A stretch of 64,000 nt of DNA, from contig JBCCQQ010000028.1 of NCBI GenBank assembly GCA_039024555.1, forward strand, positions 1-64,000, in the 5' to 3' direction. Below are positions 1 to 10,857 of the stretch, piece after piece (within the stretch, counting starts at the first letter, position 1; every line of letters starts with the position of its first letter). The notes beneath the pieces are model-generated. The model had not been told where the DNA came from. It made no database searches and saw only the letters and a list, made by a program, of their open reading frames with translations. The DNA comes from Cyanobacteria bacterium P01_D01_bin.156. Lineage in GTDB: Bacteria; Cyanobacteriota; Cyanobacteriia; Phormidesmidales; Phormidesmidaceae. Position numbers and translations under genes: made by a program.

Positions 1-137
1 CAGACAGCGACTGGTAATAACGCTGCATCTGGACTTCGATTTCAGCAGGATAGGACACGAGCACTTATTCTCTCAAATTACCTATTTCCCAGGTTACTCT
101 AACCATAGAAATATGGATACTATAAAATCCTTCTTCC

Positions 138-2744
138 TTAGCTGGTCGCGATCGCAGCTTTCTCAATCCTCTCTTCATCTTCTTTAGCCACTACCCGACC
201 TTCATCTTCAAAACCAGCAATTTGGTCAAAGTTGAGGTAGCGATAGAGATCGTCAGCAAAGGGATTAATTTTCTCAGCAACAATCTCCAAATATTCATCC
301 ATATTTGGTAGCCGCCCCAGAAGAGCACAGGCAGCGGCTAGCTCTGCCGACCCCAGATAAACCTGGGCACCTTTACCCATACGGTTATTAAAATTGCGCG
401 TAGATGTCGAAAACACCGTTGCCCCATCTTCTACACGAGCCTGGTTACCCATACACAGAGAACATCCAGGCATTTCAGTGCGAGCTCCAGCCGCAGCAAA
501 GGTCCCGTAGTAGCCCTCCTGACGTAGCTGTTGCTCATCCATACGGGTGGGCGGACAAATCCACAAGCGTCCTTTCACCGTACCGGCCCCTTCAAGTACC
601 TTCGCGGAAGCACGATAATGGCCAATATTGGTCATACAAGACCCAATAAACACCTCATCTACCTTGTCACCCACCACTTCAGACAATGTTTTGATATTGT
701 CGGGATCGTTGGGAGCTGCTACCAGAGGTTCCTTGATGGCATTCAAATCGATTTCAATAATGTCGGCATAGGTAGCATCTGCATCTGCCGACATTAAACT
801 CGGGTTGGCCAACCAATCTTCCATGGCCGCAATACGTCGAGCCAGGGTACGTGCATCAGCGTAGCCACGGGCGATCATGTTTTTCATCAAGGCCACATTG
901 GAGCGCAGATACTCAGCAACGGTATCTTCAGTGAGTTTAATGGTACAGCCTGCAGCCGAGCGCTCTGCCGTTGCATCAGTCAGTTCAAACGCCTGCTCCA
1001 GTTTAAGGTCCGGCAACCCTTCCATCTCAATAATGCGTCCAGAGAAGACATTCTTCTTATTTTTCTTCTCAACAGTCAACAGCCCTTTTTGAATAGCTAC
1101 ATAAGGAATCGCATTGACAATATCCCGCAGGGTAATGCCGGGCTGTAGCTCTCCGGTAAAGCGAACTAGCACTGATTCAGGCATATCTAAAGGCATTGCA
1201 CCAATGGCCGCAGCAAAGGCCACTAGACCAGATCCAGCCGGAAAGGAAATGCCCAACGGAAAACGGGTGTGAGAGTCGCCACCAGTACCAACGGTATCCG
1301 GCATCAACATCCGGTTCAGCCAGGAGTGAATGATGCCATCACCAGGTTGCAGAGCAACACCGCCACGAGACGAAAAGAAATCGGGCAAGGTGGCGTGGGT
1401 TTCCACATCCACAGGTTTAGGATAGGCTGCCGTGTGGCAGAAGGTTTGCAGTACTAACCCTGCACTAAAGCCCAGACAAGCCAACTCTTTCATCTCATCA
1501 CGGGTCATAGGACCAGTGGTGTCTTGGGAGCCCACGGTGGTCATCAAGGGTTCACAGGACATGCCTGGACGCACGCCTGGTAAACCACAGGCTTTACCAA
1601 CCATTTTCTGAGCCAGGGTGTAGCCCTTACCGGTCTCCGCTGGGGCTGCAGGTCTGACAAATACATCACTGGGCTCTAGCCCTAGAGCAGCACGAGTTTT
1701 ATCGGTTAATGCCCGACCAATCATCAGAGGAATACGCCCCCCCGCCCTGACTTCATCTAGCAAGGTGTCAGGGGTGAGACTAAATGTGGAAATTACAGTG
1801 CCGTTTTTGGTGATCTCCCCTTTACGCACATGGACGGTGATGACGTCACCGGTTTCCATCTGGGAAACATCACATTCAATGGGTAGAGCGCCAGAATCTT
1901 CTGCTGTGTTGAAAAAGATCGGAGCAATTTTTCCACCTAGAATGTAGCCGCCCGTGCGCTTATTAGGCACATGGGGAATATCATCTCCCAAATGCCAGAT
2001 AACGGAATTCATGGCGGATTTTCGAGAAGAGCCAGTGCCCACCACATCGCCCACATAGGCTACAGGATTCCCCTTTGTTTTCAGTTCAGCAATGGTTTCC
2101 AGGGCATTGGGCATACTGGATTCCAGCATTACCAGACCATGAAGGGGGATGTCTGGGCGGCTGGTGGCATGGGGAGCGGGGGATAAATCATCAGTATTGG
2201 TTTCGCCCGGCACCTTAAAGACGGTGATATCGATAGTCTCAGGGACGTCTGGCTTATTGGTGAACCATTCGGCTGCAGCCCAAGCATCGATAACCTGCTG
2301 GGCATAGTCGCTACCCTTATCACTGCTTTTCGCTAAGGCAATAACATCGTTAAATGCGTCATATACCAGCAATGTCTTTTTAAGGGCATCGGTCGCTGCC
2401 TGAGCGAGTTCTGCATCATCTACCTTGAGTAAATCAACCAGGGACTGAACGTTATAACCGCCGAGCATGGTGCCAAGCAGCTGCACGGCTCGCAAAGGAG
2501 AAACCAGAGGACTAGTAGCCTCACCCTTGGCAATGGCGGTTAGAAAAGATGCTTTCACATAGGATGCTTGGTCTACACCAGGGGGAATGCGATCGCACAG
2601 CAAATGCATCAAAAAGTCAGCTTCGTCTTCCGGCGGTGCTTTTAATAGCTCACACAGAGCTGCAGTTTGCTCAGCATTCAATGGTAGGGGGGGAATCCCA
2701 AGCGCGGCACGTTCCTCTGCGTGGTGGCGATATGACTCAAGCAT
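138..2744 (-). CDS. acnB: Aconitate hydratase B (bifunctional aconitase 2/2-methylisocitrate dehydratase)
   Basis: 868 aa; N-term '[18 protein letters not shown]', '[12 protein letters not shown]', 'GTGSSRKSA', '[10 protein letters not shown]', '[13 protein letters not shown]' Fe-S cysteines. Confidence 0.97.
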   Translation of the reverse strand: MLESYRHHAEERAALGIPPLPLNAEQTAALCELLKAPPEDEADFLMHLLCDRIPPGVDQASYVKASFLTAIAKGEATSPLVSPLRAVQLLGTMLGGYNVQSLVDLLKVDDAELAQAATDALKKTLLVYDAFNDVIALAKSSDKGSDYAQQVIDAWAAAEWFTNKPDVPETIDITVFKVPGETNTDDLSPAPHATSRPDIPLHGLVMLESSMPNALETIAELKTKGNPVAYVGDVVGTGSSRKSAMNSVIWHLGDDIPHVPNKRTGGYILGGKIAPIFFNTAEDSGALPIECDVSQMETGDVITVHVRKGEITKNGTVISTFSLTPDTLLDEVRAGGRIPLMIGRALTDKTRAALGLEPSDVFVRPAAPAETGKGYTLAQKMVGKACGLPGVRPGMSCEPLMTTVGSQDTTGPMTRDEMKELACLGFSAGLVLQTFCHTAAYPKPVDVETHATLPDFFSSRGGVALQPGDGIIHSWLNRMLMPDTVGTGGDSHTRFPLGISFPAGSGLVAFAAAIGAMPLDMPESVLVRFTGELQPGITLRDIVNAIPYVAIQKGLLTVEKKNKKNVFSGRIIEMEGLPDLKLEQAFELTDATAERSAAGCTIKLTEDTVAEYLRSNVALMKNMIARGYADARTLARRIAAMEDWLANPSLMSADADATYADIIEIDLNAIKEPLVAAPNDPDNIKTLSEVVGDKVDEVFIGSCMTNIGHYRASAKVLEGAGTVKGRLWICPPTRMDEQQLRQEGYYGTFAAAGARTEMPGCSLCMGNQARVEDGATVFSTSTRNFNNRMGKGAQVYLGSAELAAACALLGRLPNMDEYLEIVAEKINPFADDLYRYLNFDQIAGFEDEGRVVAKEDEERIEKAAIATS

Positions 2745-3008
2745 CTCTATAGTCTTATCCTAATGGTATGTATAGCCCAAGGCAGCAAGAAGCCCTATTA
2801 TTCCAAGCTTAAATAAGCCTGGTTCTTTACATTAGCACCTTATAGTTTGAATGGATTAGGGAGTGCGATCGCACATAGTGAAGAATGCCTATTTGATGAT
2901 AAGGCTAGAAAATTCTTACCAGCTTTAGTCACTTACAAACCCCTGATCCAGCAACAACTTTTTGGGCACTCGTAAACGTGATCCGCAAAAAAAATCTCAT
3001 CAATCACA

Positions 3009-3042
3009 AAAGGGTATCGTGGACGTGCCCACGATACCCTTT
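3009..3042 (-). terminator. Stem-loop downstream of mscS, probable terminator
   Basis: Perfect 14-bp inverted repeat aaagggtatcgtgg / ccacgatacccttt with 6-nt loop. Confidence 0.7.
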
Positions 3043-3104
3043 GTCAAAAAAGTCTTTAAAGATGATATTGACTTGCCTAGCTAAATGATAAAAAGCTAGC
3101 GAGA

Positions 3105-3941
3105 CTATGCTGCCCGTTGATGAACCGTAAAGTGCTGCGCAGGTGCAGGGAAGCCAGCCTGACCAAAGCCCTCACGAATCACCTTATTGGTGTCAAAGTA
3201 CACCTGCCAGTAATCATTATTGTTGCAATAGGGACGTACGGCCAAAACAGGACCCATGGGAGTAAATTCTAAAATCTCTACGTCTGGAGTAGGATCTGAA
3301 ATCACATTGGGAATCTGGACTAAGCGCTCTTTGAGCAGTGCGATCGCTTCATCAGGTTCAACGGTGTTATCCAACTGGGCAACTAGATCCACACGACGGT
3401 AAGGGTTAGCTGAAAAGTTTTGAATAGTGTCCGAGAACATAGTGTTGTTACCAACAAAAGTTTTCACATTATCCATCGTGTTAATGGTTGTAACAAACAA
3501 ACCAATCTCTTCCACAGTACCTGTCACACCACCTGCAGTAATAAAATCACCCACTGCAAAGGGACGTAAAATCACCAAGAAAGCACCCGCAGCAAAGTGT
3601 GCCAACAAACCCGCCCAAGCTGCACCGATGGCAACACCACCTGCTGCTAGCAATGCGGCGAAGGATGTGGTCTCGATTCCAAAGAAACCGAGAATGGCAA
3701 CAACTAAAACAATGTTTAGTAAAACACCCAGGGTAGATTTGAGATAAACAATCAGCGTAGGATCAATCGTTGAGTTCTTTAAGCTATTGCTTAAAAGGCC
3801 AATTGCAAACTTGATTAACCAGCGTCCGACAAACCAAAGAATTATCGCCCCAACTATCTTGAGACCCACATCAGCTAAGGTACTCCCAGCATTCTCGAGA
3901 ATGCCCGCCAACGGTCCCGCTTGCAAAAGGATTGGATTCAT
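3105..3941 (-). CDS. mscS: Small-conductance mechanosensitive channel
   Basis: 278 aa, N-terminal TM helices, 'LRPFAVGDFI...GTVEEIGLFVT', 'N(F)S..P.RRVDL' MscS motifs. Confidence 0.92.
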   Translation of the reverse strand: MNPILLQAGPLAGILENAGSTLADVGLKIVGAIILWFVGRWLIKFAIGLLSNSLKNSTIDPTLIVYLKSTLGVLLNIVLVVAILGFFGIETTSFAALLAAGGVAIGAAWAGLLAHFAAGAFLVILRPFAVGDFITAGGVTGTVEEIGLFVTTINTMDNVKTFVGNNTMFSDTIQNFSANPYRRVDLVAQLDNTVEPDEAIALLKERLVQIPNVISDPTPDVEILEFTPMGPVLAVRPYCNNNDYWQVYFDTNKVIREGFGQAGFPAPAQHFTVHQRAA

Positions 3942-4128
3942 TGTGATTCTATCCAGCCATTAACTTCTTTCAGAGTGAAATTATAGTATTAGCGCACAGA
4001 AAGCTAGTTCTTCCGCTAAAACACTTAAGCTTTTGGGGAATATTGTTGTTTATGTCTCAATATTGTCTAGTCTTACCCCTTACCTGAGCCCCTTACCCCA
4101 AGTTTCTACCAATTAGCCGATCCTAACT

Positions 4129-4494
4129 GTGAAACCATCGTCACCAGATACGTTATTGAGGCTGCGCCTTTACCTCAATTTAGTGCCCGTTTTCGGGGTC
4201 CCTGCGTCGCTATGGACTCTTTATAACAACCGTGAGCAGATTCATCCACAGTTACATCAGATCAGCCGTTTAGCCATCGTCTTAGGAATGGGATGGCTAC
4301 TAGCGACCGTACTACTTAGTGCTGGAGCCCACAGCCATTTTTCCCAAGTGGCGACCCTTAGATTTTGGGTCACTAGTAGCTTGGTCGGTAGTGGGTACTT
4401 TGCCACCAACCTATGGCTAATGTTACGAATTTCTCAGGGTAAGGCAGCTAAACTACCAGGATTCACAAAATTCAGCCGTCGCTTGCCTGATTGA
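4129..4494 (+). CDS. Hypothetical cyanobacterial membrane protein
   Basis: 121 aa ORF with about 3 hydrophobic segments, 'YLNLVPVFGVPASLWTLY'. Confidence 0.7.
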   Translation: MKPSSPDTLLRLRLYLNLVPVFGVPASLWTLYNNREQIHPQLHQISRLAIVLGMGWLLATVLLSAGAHSHFSQVATLRFWVTSSLVGSGYFATNLWLMLRISQGKAAKLPGFTKFSRRLPD

Positions 4495-4681
4495 CAAGGC
4501 AAATTTCCAGCCAACAAACCTGATACAACCCACTCTTTTCATAAAAACCTTTCAGGGTTTAAAGATTTTTTGGGGAAATATTATGTCGCTACTCCTCCAC
4601 ATAGTCTTGGCAGATCTGCAGATTGTATGGACGGAGGGTCAAACCATGCCTAAATCAGCAATGACGAAAATACTATTCTGA

Positions 4682-4745
4682 TGACGATGGCTTTGATAAC
4701 CTGCTTAGTCAGCTGACGATGGCTTTGATAACCTGCTTAGTCAGC
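4682..4745. repeat. Perfect 32-bp tandem duplication
   Basis: tgacgatggctttgataacctgcttagtcagc at 4682-4713 and 4714-4745. Confidence 0.95.
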
Positions 4746-5003
4746 ATTTAATATTTTTGAGCAAGGACGGCCATTGCATCGCCTGCAAACTGTCTACCAA
4801 CCGCACCCCTCCCCATGATGTATGAGCACTCATCAAGAAGATAGGTTAACCTTCCAACATATATTGTCAAATATTGTCAAATCTGACCTATAAAATAAGC
4901 CAGCTTTGACTGTAAGCGATCATTCTGTCCGAATAGTAGATACACTAACGGCTACATTTCTGCACCACCGTTTTTGATCATCACCCAGGTTTGAGGTCAT
5001 TTC

Positions 5004-6398
5004 GTGTCCATGCCATCTTCTAAACAGCCACCATCAAAACAGCCAGTAGCAAAGCAACGGAAACGTGGCTGGTTTAGAATACCTAAATGGGCAGTGATAA
5101 CCCTCGCTCTTACGAGTGTGGCCAGCATTTCAGCAGGGACAGGCGCATTACTGGCTGTTTCTATGAACAGCAAGCCCCTGCTACAGAGCCAACTATCTCC
5201 TGAAGAGGCCGCAGTATTTACTGAAAATGAACCGATCCTAGCTACCAACAGCCTGCGTTTACCCAGACTGACTCGGCCCGTAAACATTTTGGTCCTGGGT
5301 GTCAAAGTCCTGACTTCGGACTTGAACACAGCTATCGAAGGGACTGAGGATTTGGGCTATCACGCCTTGGTCAATTCCTTTGAAGGGTTATCGGATACGA
5401 TGCTGCTACTGAGGTTTAACCCTCGAACAGGACAGCTGGTAGTCATGTCGGTGCCAAGAGACACAAGAGCCCTAGTTAATGGCGTACTCACTAAGATCAA
5501 TGAAGCGAACTTAGACGGAGGCCCTGCGCTAACAGCAGAAGCGATTAGCGACTTATTAGGAGGAGTGGCCATTGATCGCTATGTGCGCATCAATGTACAG
5601 GGCGTCGAAAAGCTCATTGATGCCCTTGGGGGAGTCACTGTCAACGTTCCCAAGGATATGAAGTACCAAGACGATAGTCAGCATTTGTACATCAACCTCA
5701 AAGCGGGACAGCAAAGCTTAAATGGGGACCAGGCCTTACAGTTTTTACGGTTCCGTTACGACGAAAACGGTGATATAGGCCGAGTTCAGCGACAACAAAC
5801 CATGATGCGGGCTGTTATTGAGCAAACTCTAAATCCTGCGACTATTGGTCGATTACCCAAAATCTTATCGGTAATACAGTCCCATGTGGATACCAATCTC
5901 TCTGTGGAAGAGTTGGTAGCTTTGGTTGGGTACGGTGCTCAGACCAGCCGCTCGGATGTTCAGATGCTAATGCTACCAGGAAACTTTAGTGCGCCTGGAG
6001 AGTATAACCGTAGCTACTGGCTACCGAACTATGCCAGCATTGACGATGTTGTGGAACAGTACTTTGGCCTAGAACCTCTGCAAACGATGACGGCAACTAG
6101 CCCCTCCCGTCTACGAGTCGTGATTCAGGACAGTATAGGCGATGACATAGCCGTCCAGGCCTTGGAAGACAGACTATACGATGGTGGTTATACCAATGTG
6201 ATTATAGGTCAAGAGCTAAACGAGACACTGGTAGAAACCCGAATTGTTGCTCAGCGAGGAGATCGAGCCAGCGCCACGGTATTGCAAGAGTCTCTACAAA
6301 TTGGTGAAGTACGGGTAGAGAGTACAGGCAGTCTCGACTCTGATCTGACGATTCAACTGGGAGAAGATTGGCTCGATGCTCAAGGAGCCGCTCTTTAA
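5004..6398 (+). CDS. LCP (LytR-CpsA-Psr) family cell-envelope protein with C-terminal LytR_C domain
   Basis: N-terminal TM, 'NILVLG', 'SDTMLLLRF', 'SVPRDT', 'LRFRYDENGDIGRVQRQQ', C-term 'SDLTIQLGED'. Confidence 0.92.
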   Translation: MSMPSSKQPPSKQPVAKQRKRGWFRIPKWAVITLALTSVASISAGTGALLAVSMNSKPLLQSQLSPEEAAVFTENEPILATNSLRLPRLTRPVNILVLGVKVLTSDLNTAIEGTEDLGYHALVNSFEGLSDTMLLLRFNPRTGQLVVMSVPRDTRALVNGVLTKINEANLDGGPALTAEAISDLLGGVAIDRYVRINVQGVEKLIDALGGVTVNVPKDMKYQDDSQHLYINLKAGQQSLNGDQALQFLRFRYDENGDIGRVQRQQTMMRAVIEQTLNPATIGRLPKILSVIQSHVDTNLSVEELVALVGYGAQTSRSDVQMLMLPGNFSAPGEYNRSYWLPNYASIDDVVEQYFGLEPLQTMTATSPSRLRVVIQDSIGDDIAVQALEDRLYDGGYTNVIIGQELNETLVETRIVAQRGDRASATVLQESLQIGEVRVESTGSLDSDLTIQLGEDWLDAQGAAL

Positions 6399-6931
6399 TG
6401 GCCAGTACAGCCCGAATTTATCAGCTAAAGCTCAGCCTAACGGATAGCGAACCATCTATCTGGCGACGGCTCTTAGTAGAAGGTAACACCCACCTAGAAG
6501 AACTCCACCACATAATTCAGATTACGATGGGGTGGCAAAACGTTTCTAGTTATCACTATCGTATTGGCAAACAACGTTCAGATACAGAGCCGTGCTTATT
6601 ACAAATGCCTCTGAATGAGGTAATTAGCGACGGTCTGATTCGATTTTGCTATGTATACGACCTACGAGATGGCTGGTTTCACACCATTGAGGTAGAGATG
6701 GTTCTGCCCGCTGATCCCCAGGGTTTATATCCCCACTGTGTAACCGGAGAACTACGCTGCCCTCCAGAGGGATGTGGTGGCATTTGGGGATATAACGAAT
6801 TGTTAGACATTTTGGCAACTCCGGAAGACCCTCAATATATGGAACGCTGGGAGGAAGTGGGAGGAGACTTTGACCCTGATTTTTTCGATGTGAAACTGGT
6901 AAATATTCAACTCCATGCCAACCAAGATTAA
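6398..6931 (+). CDS. Plasmid pRiA4b ORF-3 family protein
   Basis: 'IYQLKLSL...PSIWRRLLV...LHHIIQITMGW...YVYDLRDGWFH...CPPEGCGGIWGY'; ATG overlaps the LCP stop (TAATG). Confidence 0.88.
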   Translation: MASTARIYQLKLSLTDSEPSIWRRLLVEGNTHLEELHHIIQITMGWQNVSSYHYRIGKQRSDTEPCLLQMPLNEVISDGLIRFCYVYDLRDGWFHTIEVEMVLPADPQGLYPHCVTGELRCPPEGCGGIWGYNELLDILATPEDPQYMERWEEVGGDFDPDFFDVKLVNIQLHANQD

Positions 6932-6940
6932 TGGTTTAAG

Positions 6941-7345
6941 CTAACTGTCATACAGTCGCTGAAATCCTTCAGCCGCTTGCTGCCAACCGTAACGCACTTG
7001 AGGGCATTGGTAATGCAAAAACCATTCAGCTCTTGTAGCCCATAAAGCGAGTTCCATGGCTAGAGTAAATTGGATTACCCCTTTTTGGCGAAGAGTTGTT
7101 GCGTAGGCATCGAATTGAGACCGCAGTTCTCTCAACTCCGATAGATACCTAGCCAAGTTCCCTGGTCGCAGAGTGGCAGACTTTTTAATGCGCCGTAACT
7201 GAGCCCTAAAAACACTCAGAGAGGTCATAAAAACCTGATCCCGCATTTGGTCTTGCAACATGTATTGACTGAACAGATGCTGCCCACTGAGGGCGTTATA
7301 GCTTTGATCCGCGACTTGTTGAGGTCGTTCAGAGAGATTGGGCAT
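6941..7345 (-). CDS. Hypothetical protein
   Basis: 134 aa ATG ORF filling the gap, co-oriented with NUDIX and sir. Confidence 0.55.
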   Translation of the reverse strand: MPNLSERPQQVADQSYNALSGQHLFSQYMLQDQMRDQVFMTSLSVFRAQLRRIKKSATLRPGNLARYLSELRELRSQFDAYATTLRQKGVIQFTLAMELALWATRAEWFLHYQCPQVRYGWQQAAEGFQRLYDS

Positions 7346-7386
7346 GGGTTATGCAACAGAAATTTGAAGAGCTGCAGGCTGGACTT

Positions 7387-7950
7387 CTAACTCTTAGACA
7401 AGCTAGAAACTGGCCAAATACTAGCAAATTCATTGGCTAGGCAACGGCGCAAAATATCTTGATGATTAAAGGCCAACTCCATGGTTAGAGCATCTTCTAC
7501 GGTAAACCAGCCCACCTCCGTCACCTCTCCCAGACTGACCTGGGGTTCAAGGGCCGGCAAAGCACTATCTGCTTCTAGAAAGACCATCAGCGGATAGTGC
7601 ATAGTGACATTTTGAGATCGCAACGGTTCGCTAAAAACCAGACTAGGCTGATCTAACGAGCCTTCAAGGCGGTGCTTAGCTTGAAAATAGCTAAGGTCTA
7701 TACCTAGCTCTTCCCAAACTTCACGGAGTACAGCACCACCCACTGTTTCGTCATAGTCCAAATAGCCGCCAGCCAAACACCATTTACCGACTTCTGACGG
7801 TAAATCAGGCCCGCGCTTATTTAATGGCACATAGGCCTTACCACCTTGAACAAATACCAAGATGGCCAAAACCGTTATGCTACGGCTAATCCAGAGCTCT
7901 TCGCCGTCAACAACAACACAGCGGTTGGGAGTGCTAGGAAACTTTGCCAT
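7387..7950 (-). CDS. NUDIX hydrolase
   Basis: Nudix box 'GGYLDYDETVGGAVLREVWEELG', 'LAFNH'. Confidence 0.9.
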   Translation of the reverse strand: MAKFPSTPNRCVVVDGEELWISRSITVLAILVFVQGGKAYVPLNKRGPDLPSEVGKWCLAGGYLDYDETVGGAVLREVWEELGIDLSYFQAKHRLEGSLDQPSLVFSEPLRSQNVTMHYPLMVFLEADSALPALEPQVSLGEVTEVGWFTVEDALTMELAFNHQDILRRCLANEFASIWPVSSLSKS

Positions 7951-7997
7951 AACTAAAGCTCCAAAACCAAGTAATACGCGTTTTGGATGAGAGGTGT

Positions 7998-9944
7998 CTA
8001 GTTGGAATTGTCCTGCTGCAGATAGGCGGCGATCGCTTTTTCTGTAATCTCAGCCATGCTCATGCCGCGACTCGCTGCCGCATCTTTGAGCTGGCTGTAA
8101 ATCTCGCCGGACACACCCACCCGATGCTTACGACGACCAGAGGCTGCTTTTTTAGCAGGCACGTAGGATTCAGAGAAATTACGCAGCGCTTCAAAACCGA
8201 TGCGATCGCAAAAATCCCCAAAACTTTCCCCGGCCTGACGCCCCTTCTTAAAGAAAGCAAACATGGGCTCTAGAGTCTTCTCTAGATCATCCACATTCAT
8301 CCGCTGCATATAGGGCTGAGCTAACCGTGTTTGATTAGGGGAACCTCCAAGCCACAGCTGGTAGGAATTAGGGGCGCTGCCCACAAAGCCTAGCTCAGCC
8401 ATATAAGGGCGCGCACAACCATTCGGGCAGCCTGTCATCCGCACCACAAAGTGCTCCTGCTTCAGCCCTAGCTTATTGAGCAGAGCCTGAATACGATCTA
8501 ACACGCTGGGAATTACTCGCTCAGATTCAGTCACGGCTAAACCGCAGGTAGGCAGCGCTGGGCAGGCCATGGCATAGCGATGAAGCAGATTAATTTGATC
8601 TTCCGCATCAATGCCATTGCTGTGCAAAATGCGATCAATTTCAGGCTTATCCGCAGGATTAATCTCCGTCAGCAGCAAGCTCTGGTTCCCCGTTAGCCGC
8701 ATGGGCAGACGATAGCGCAGCTCAATCTCCTTTAAAGCAGACTTAATTTTGAAAGCCCCATTGTCATAGATGCGTCCATTTTCAATGTGCACACCTAAAA
8801 ACAACTTGCCGTCACCCTGCTCATGCCAGCCAAGGTAATCATAGAAAGTCCACTCGGGCAAAGGTTTAAAGGGCTGAATCTGTTTCCCAAAAAACTCTTC
8901 TACCTTGGCTCGAAACTTCTCAACACCCCAGTCATTGATCAAATACTTCATACGGGCATGACGACGCTGCACACGATCGCCATAGTCCCGCTGGGTAGCC
9001 ACAATCGCTTTCATCAGGTCATAGACGTCATCTTTGTCGACATAACCAATTTCATCAGCGATGCGGGCAAAGGTTTCCTCTTTGTTATGGGTACGCCCCA
9101 TGCCACCACCCGCTAAAACATTGAAGCCCAGCAGTTCTTGATGCTCATCAACAATCACCACCAGCGTGACATCTTGGGTGTAGGCATCAATGGAATTGTC
9201 ACCAGGAACAGTCACCGAACATTTAAACTTCCGAGGCATGTAGTGGGTGCCGTAAATAGGCTCCACATTGTCCTGAAATGTTGTGCCGTTACTGTTACGC
9301 TGACGGGCAGCTATCACATCTGGATGTTCTTCAGCCGTTACCGCTTTCTCACCGTCTAGCCAAATTTCGTAATAGGCAGCTGTCTGAGGAGTCAGCAAAT
9401 CCGCAATCCGATCCGCATACTCCCGAGCATAGATATACGCTGGCTTATCTTTAAAGGGCGCAGGCACCGCCATCACATTACGGTTTAAGTCACCGCAGGC
9501 TCCCAAGGTAGACCCCATGCTGCGAATAATCGCTGCCATGGTAGCTTTTAGATCTTTTTTCAGAATGCCGTGGAGCTGAAAAGCTTGACGAGTCGTCGCC
9601 CGAATGTTGCTGTAGCCGTACTTATCCGAAAGCTCGTCCAGAGTTAGATACAGCTCTGGAGAGACTAAACCACCAGGATTCCGCGTCCGCAACATCATGC
9701 GATAGTCCTTTTCTTGACCCTTGACACGGTTATCCCGATTATCCTGCTGGTAGGAACCGTGGAATTTTAAGATCTGGATACCATCTTCACTAAAGTGGGT
9801 GGTATCCTGGGCCAACTCAGTTGCCACTGGCTCACGCAGAAATTGACTGCGCTCTTTAATACCTTCAAGCCTCGAAACCTTCTTAACATCAGGATTTTCA
9901 GCTTGAGTTACTTGCTTACTAGGGGAAATCGGAGTTTGAACCAT
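7998..9944 (-). CDS. sir: Ferredoxin-dependent sulfite reductase with C-terminal ribbon-helix-helix-like extension
   Basis: '[13 protein letters not shown]', '[12 protein letters not shown]', siroheme/4Fe-4S ligands '[12 protein letters not shown]' and '[12 protein letters not shown]'. Confidence 0.96.
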   Translation of the reverse strand: MVQTPISPSKQVTQAENPDVKKVSRLEGIKERSQFLREPVATELAQDTTHFSEDGIQILKFHGSYQQDNRDNRVKGQEKDYRMMLRTRNPGGLVSPELYLTLDELSDKYGYSNIRATTRQAFQLHGILKKDLKATMAAIIRSMGSTLGACGDLNRNVMAVPAPFKDKPAYIYAREYADRIADLLTPQTAAYYEIWLDGEKAVTAEEHPDVIAARQRNSNGTTFQDNVEPIYGTHYMPRKFKCSVTVPGDNSIDAYTQDVTLVVIVDEHQELLGFNVLAGGGMGRTHNKEETFARIADEIGYVDKDDVYDLMKAIVATQRDYGDRVQRRHARMKYLINDWGVEKFRAKVEEFFGKQIQPFKPLPEWTFYDYLGWHEQGDGKLFLGVHIENGRIYDNGAFKIKSALKEIELRYRLPMRLTGNQSLLLTEINPADKPEIDRILHSNGIDAEDQINLLHRYAMACPALPTCGLAVTESERVIPSVLDRIQALLNKLGLKQEHFVVRMTGCPNGCARPYMAELGFVGSAPNSYQLWLGGSPNQTRLAQPYMQRMNVDDLEKTLEPMFAFFKKGRQAGESFGDFCDRIGFEALRNFSESYVPAKKAASGRRKHRVGVSGEIYSQLKDAAASRGMSMAEITEKAIAAYLQQDNSN

Positions 9945-10540
9945 GATGCAGCGGTCAGTATCAAAGTGATAAAACTATATTCCAGGCGTTGCTGAACTTG
10001 GGCATGGCCTTCATCTGCGCACCCGAGGCCAAGGGCTAGGTTACAGATTTACTCAGTCCTATAGGTCAGCAACAGCAGTTCCGAAAAGTACCCAAGCAGC
10101 AGCAACAAATGCTCAAGCCTGATATCAATGTTTCGGGAAGACTAGCAAAGCATATTGTAATGATGTAACTAGTCGTCTGCCGCATTACCAAGCAAATCGT
10201 TAGAATTAAGATTGGCCGGTAATCCGGTAGGAATTGTGGGGTATACCTTATCGTATCACTCACAACTATTATGTGGAGGATAATTCTTGGCAAAAGTTAT
10301 CTAATACTAGGAATGAGTGGCGGCCTTAGACTGGCGTCTTGCAAAACCAGAGCAACACCCAAGGTAACGAGGTAAAAACAACGGTACTCCATAGGAATGG
10401 ACAGATAAGCATCGTTGAAGGTCGACCGGCTGCAGATCGTCAGCATAAAAATGGCTCACCCTTTCATGTCAATGTACCCATTGCACAATTGTGCAATGGC
10501 AAACGGGCTAGTTACTAAATCATTAGCAGAAGGCTTCACT

Positions 10541-10798
10541 ATGGGAAACGCCACAATGTACAGCGAAGATATTTTTGTATTGCTGATCCCTGGCAATGAG
10601 GAAGTGTTTTTAGAGCCCGATGAGCTATTGGCTAAATTGCAGGCAATGCTGACTGAGTACACGGGCGTAATGCCTAGGGAACTCGAAAAGCTAGGGTCGT
10701 TGGAGGAAAAAGCGACCCATTTACGAGATACAGCGTGTGAATTTGAGGTCACCCCAGGAGTCTCTTGGCAGTGGTATGCCGTGCGTCTAGAAAAGTAA
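10541..10798 (+). CDS. Chlororespiratory reduction protein 7 (CRR7) family, NDH-1 assembly factor
   Basis: 'MYSEDIFVLL...EVFLEPDELLAKL...CEFEVTPG...QWYAVRLEK'; start moved to ATG 10541. Confidence 0.85.
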   Translation: MGNATMYSEDIFVLLIPGNEEVFLEPDELLAKLQAMLTEYTGVMPRELEKLGSLEEKATHLRDTACEFEVTPGVSWQWYAVRLEK

Positions 10799-10857
10799 AC
10801 CCGACTGAGAACACAATATCTTTTTTCCTAAAGGGCTATGTAGAATATTCCTAACCA

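Noticed and set aside
4682..4745. 32-bp repeat as a CRISPR array
   Set aside because: Only two abutting copies, no spacer and no cas genes.
6398..6931. pRiA4b ORF-3 gene as a sign of a plasmid or mobile element
   Set aside because: The family is common on chromosomes; the gene is coupled to the LCP gene and no mobility genes are nearby.
10066..10293. 75-aa Cys-rich ORF upstream of sir as a cysteine-sensing leader peptide
   Set aside because: It ends 'CCCCLGTFRNCCC', which is suggestive next to sir, but it has a TTG start, no clear RBS and no visible attenuator. Left unsupported pending a tBLASTn conservation check.
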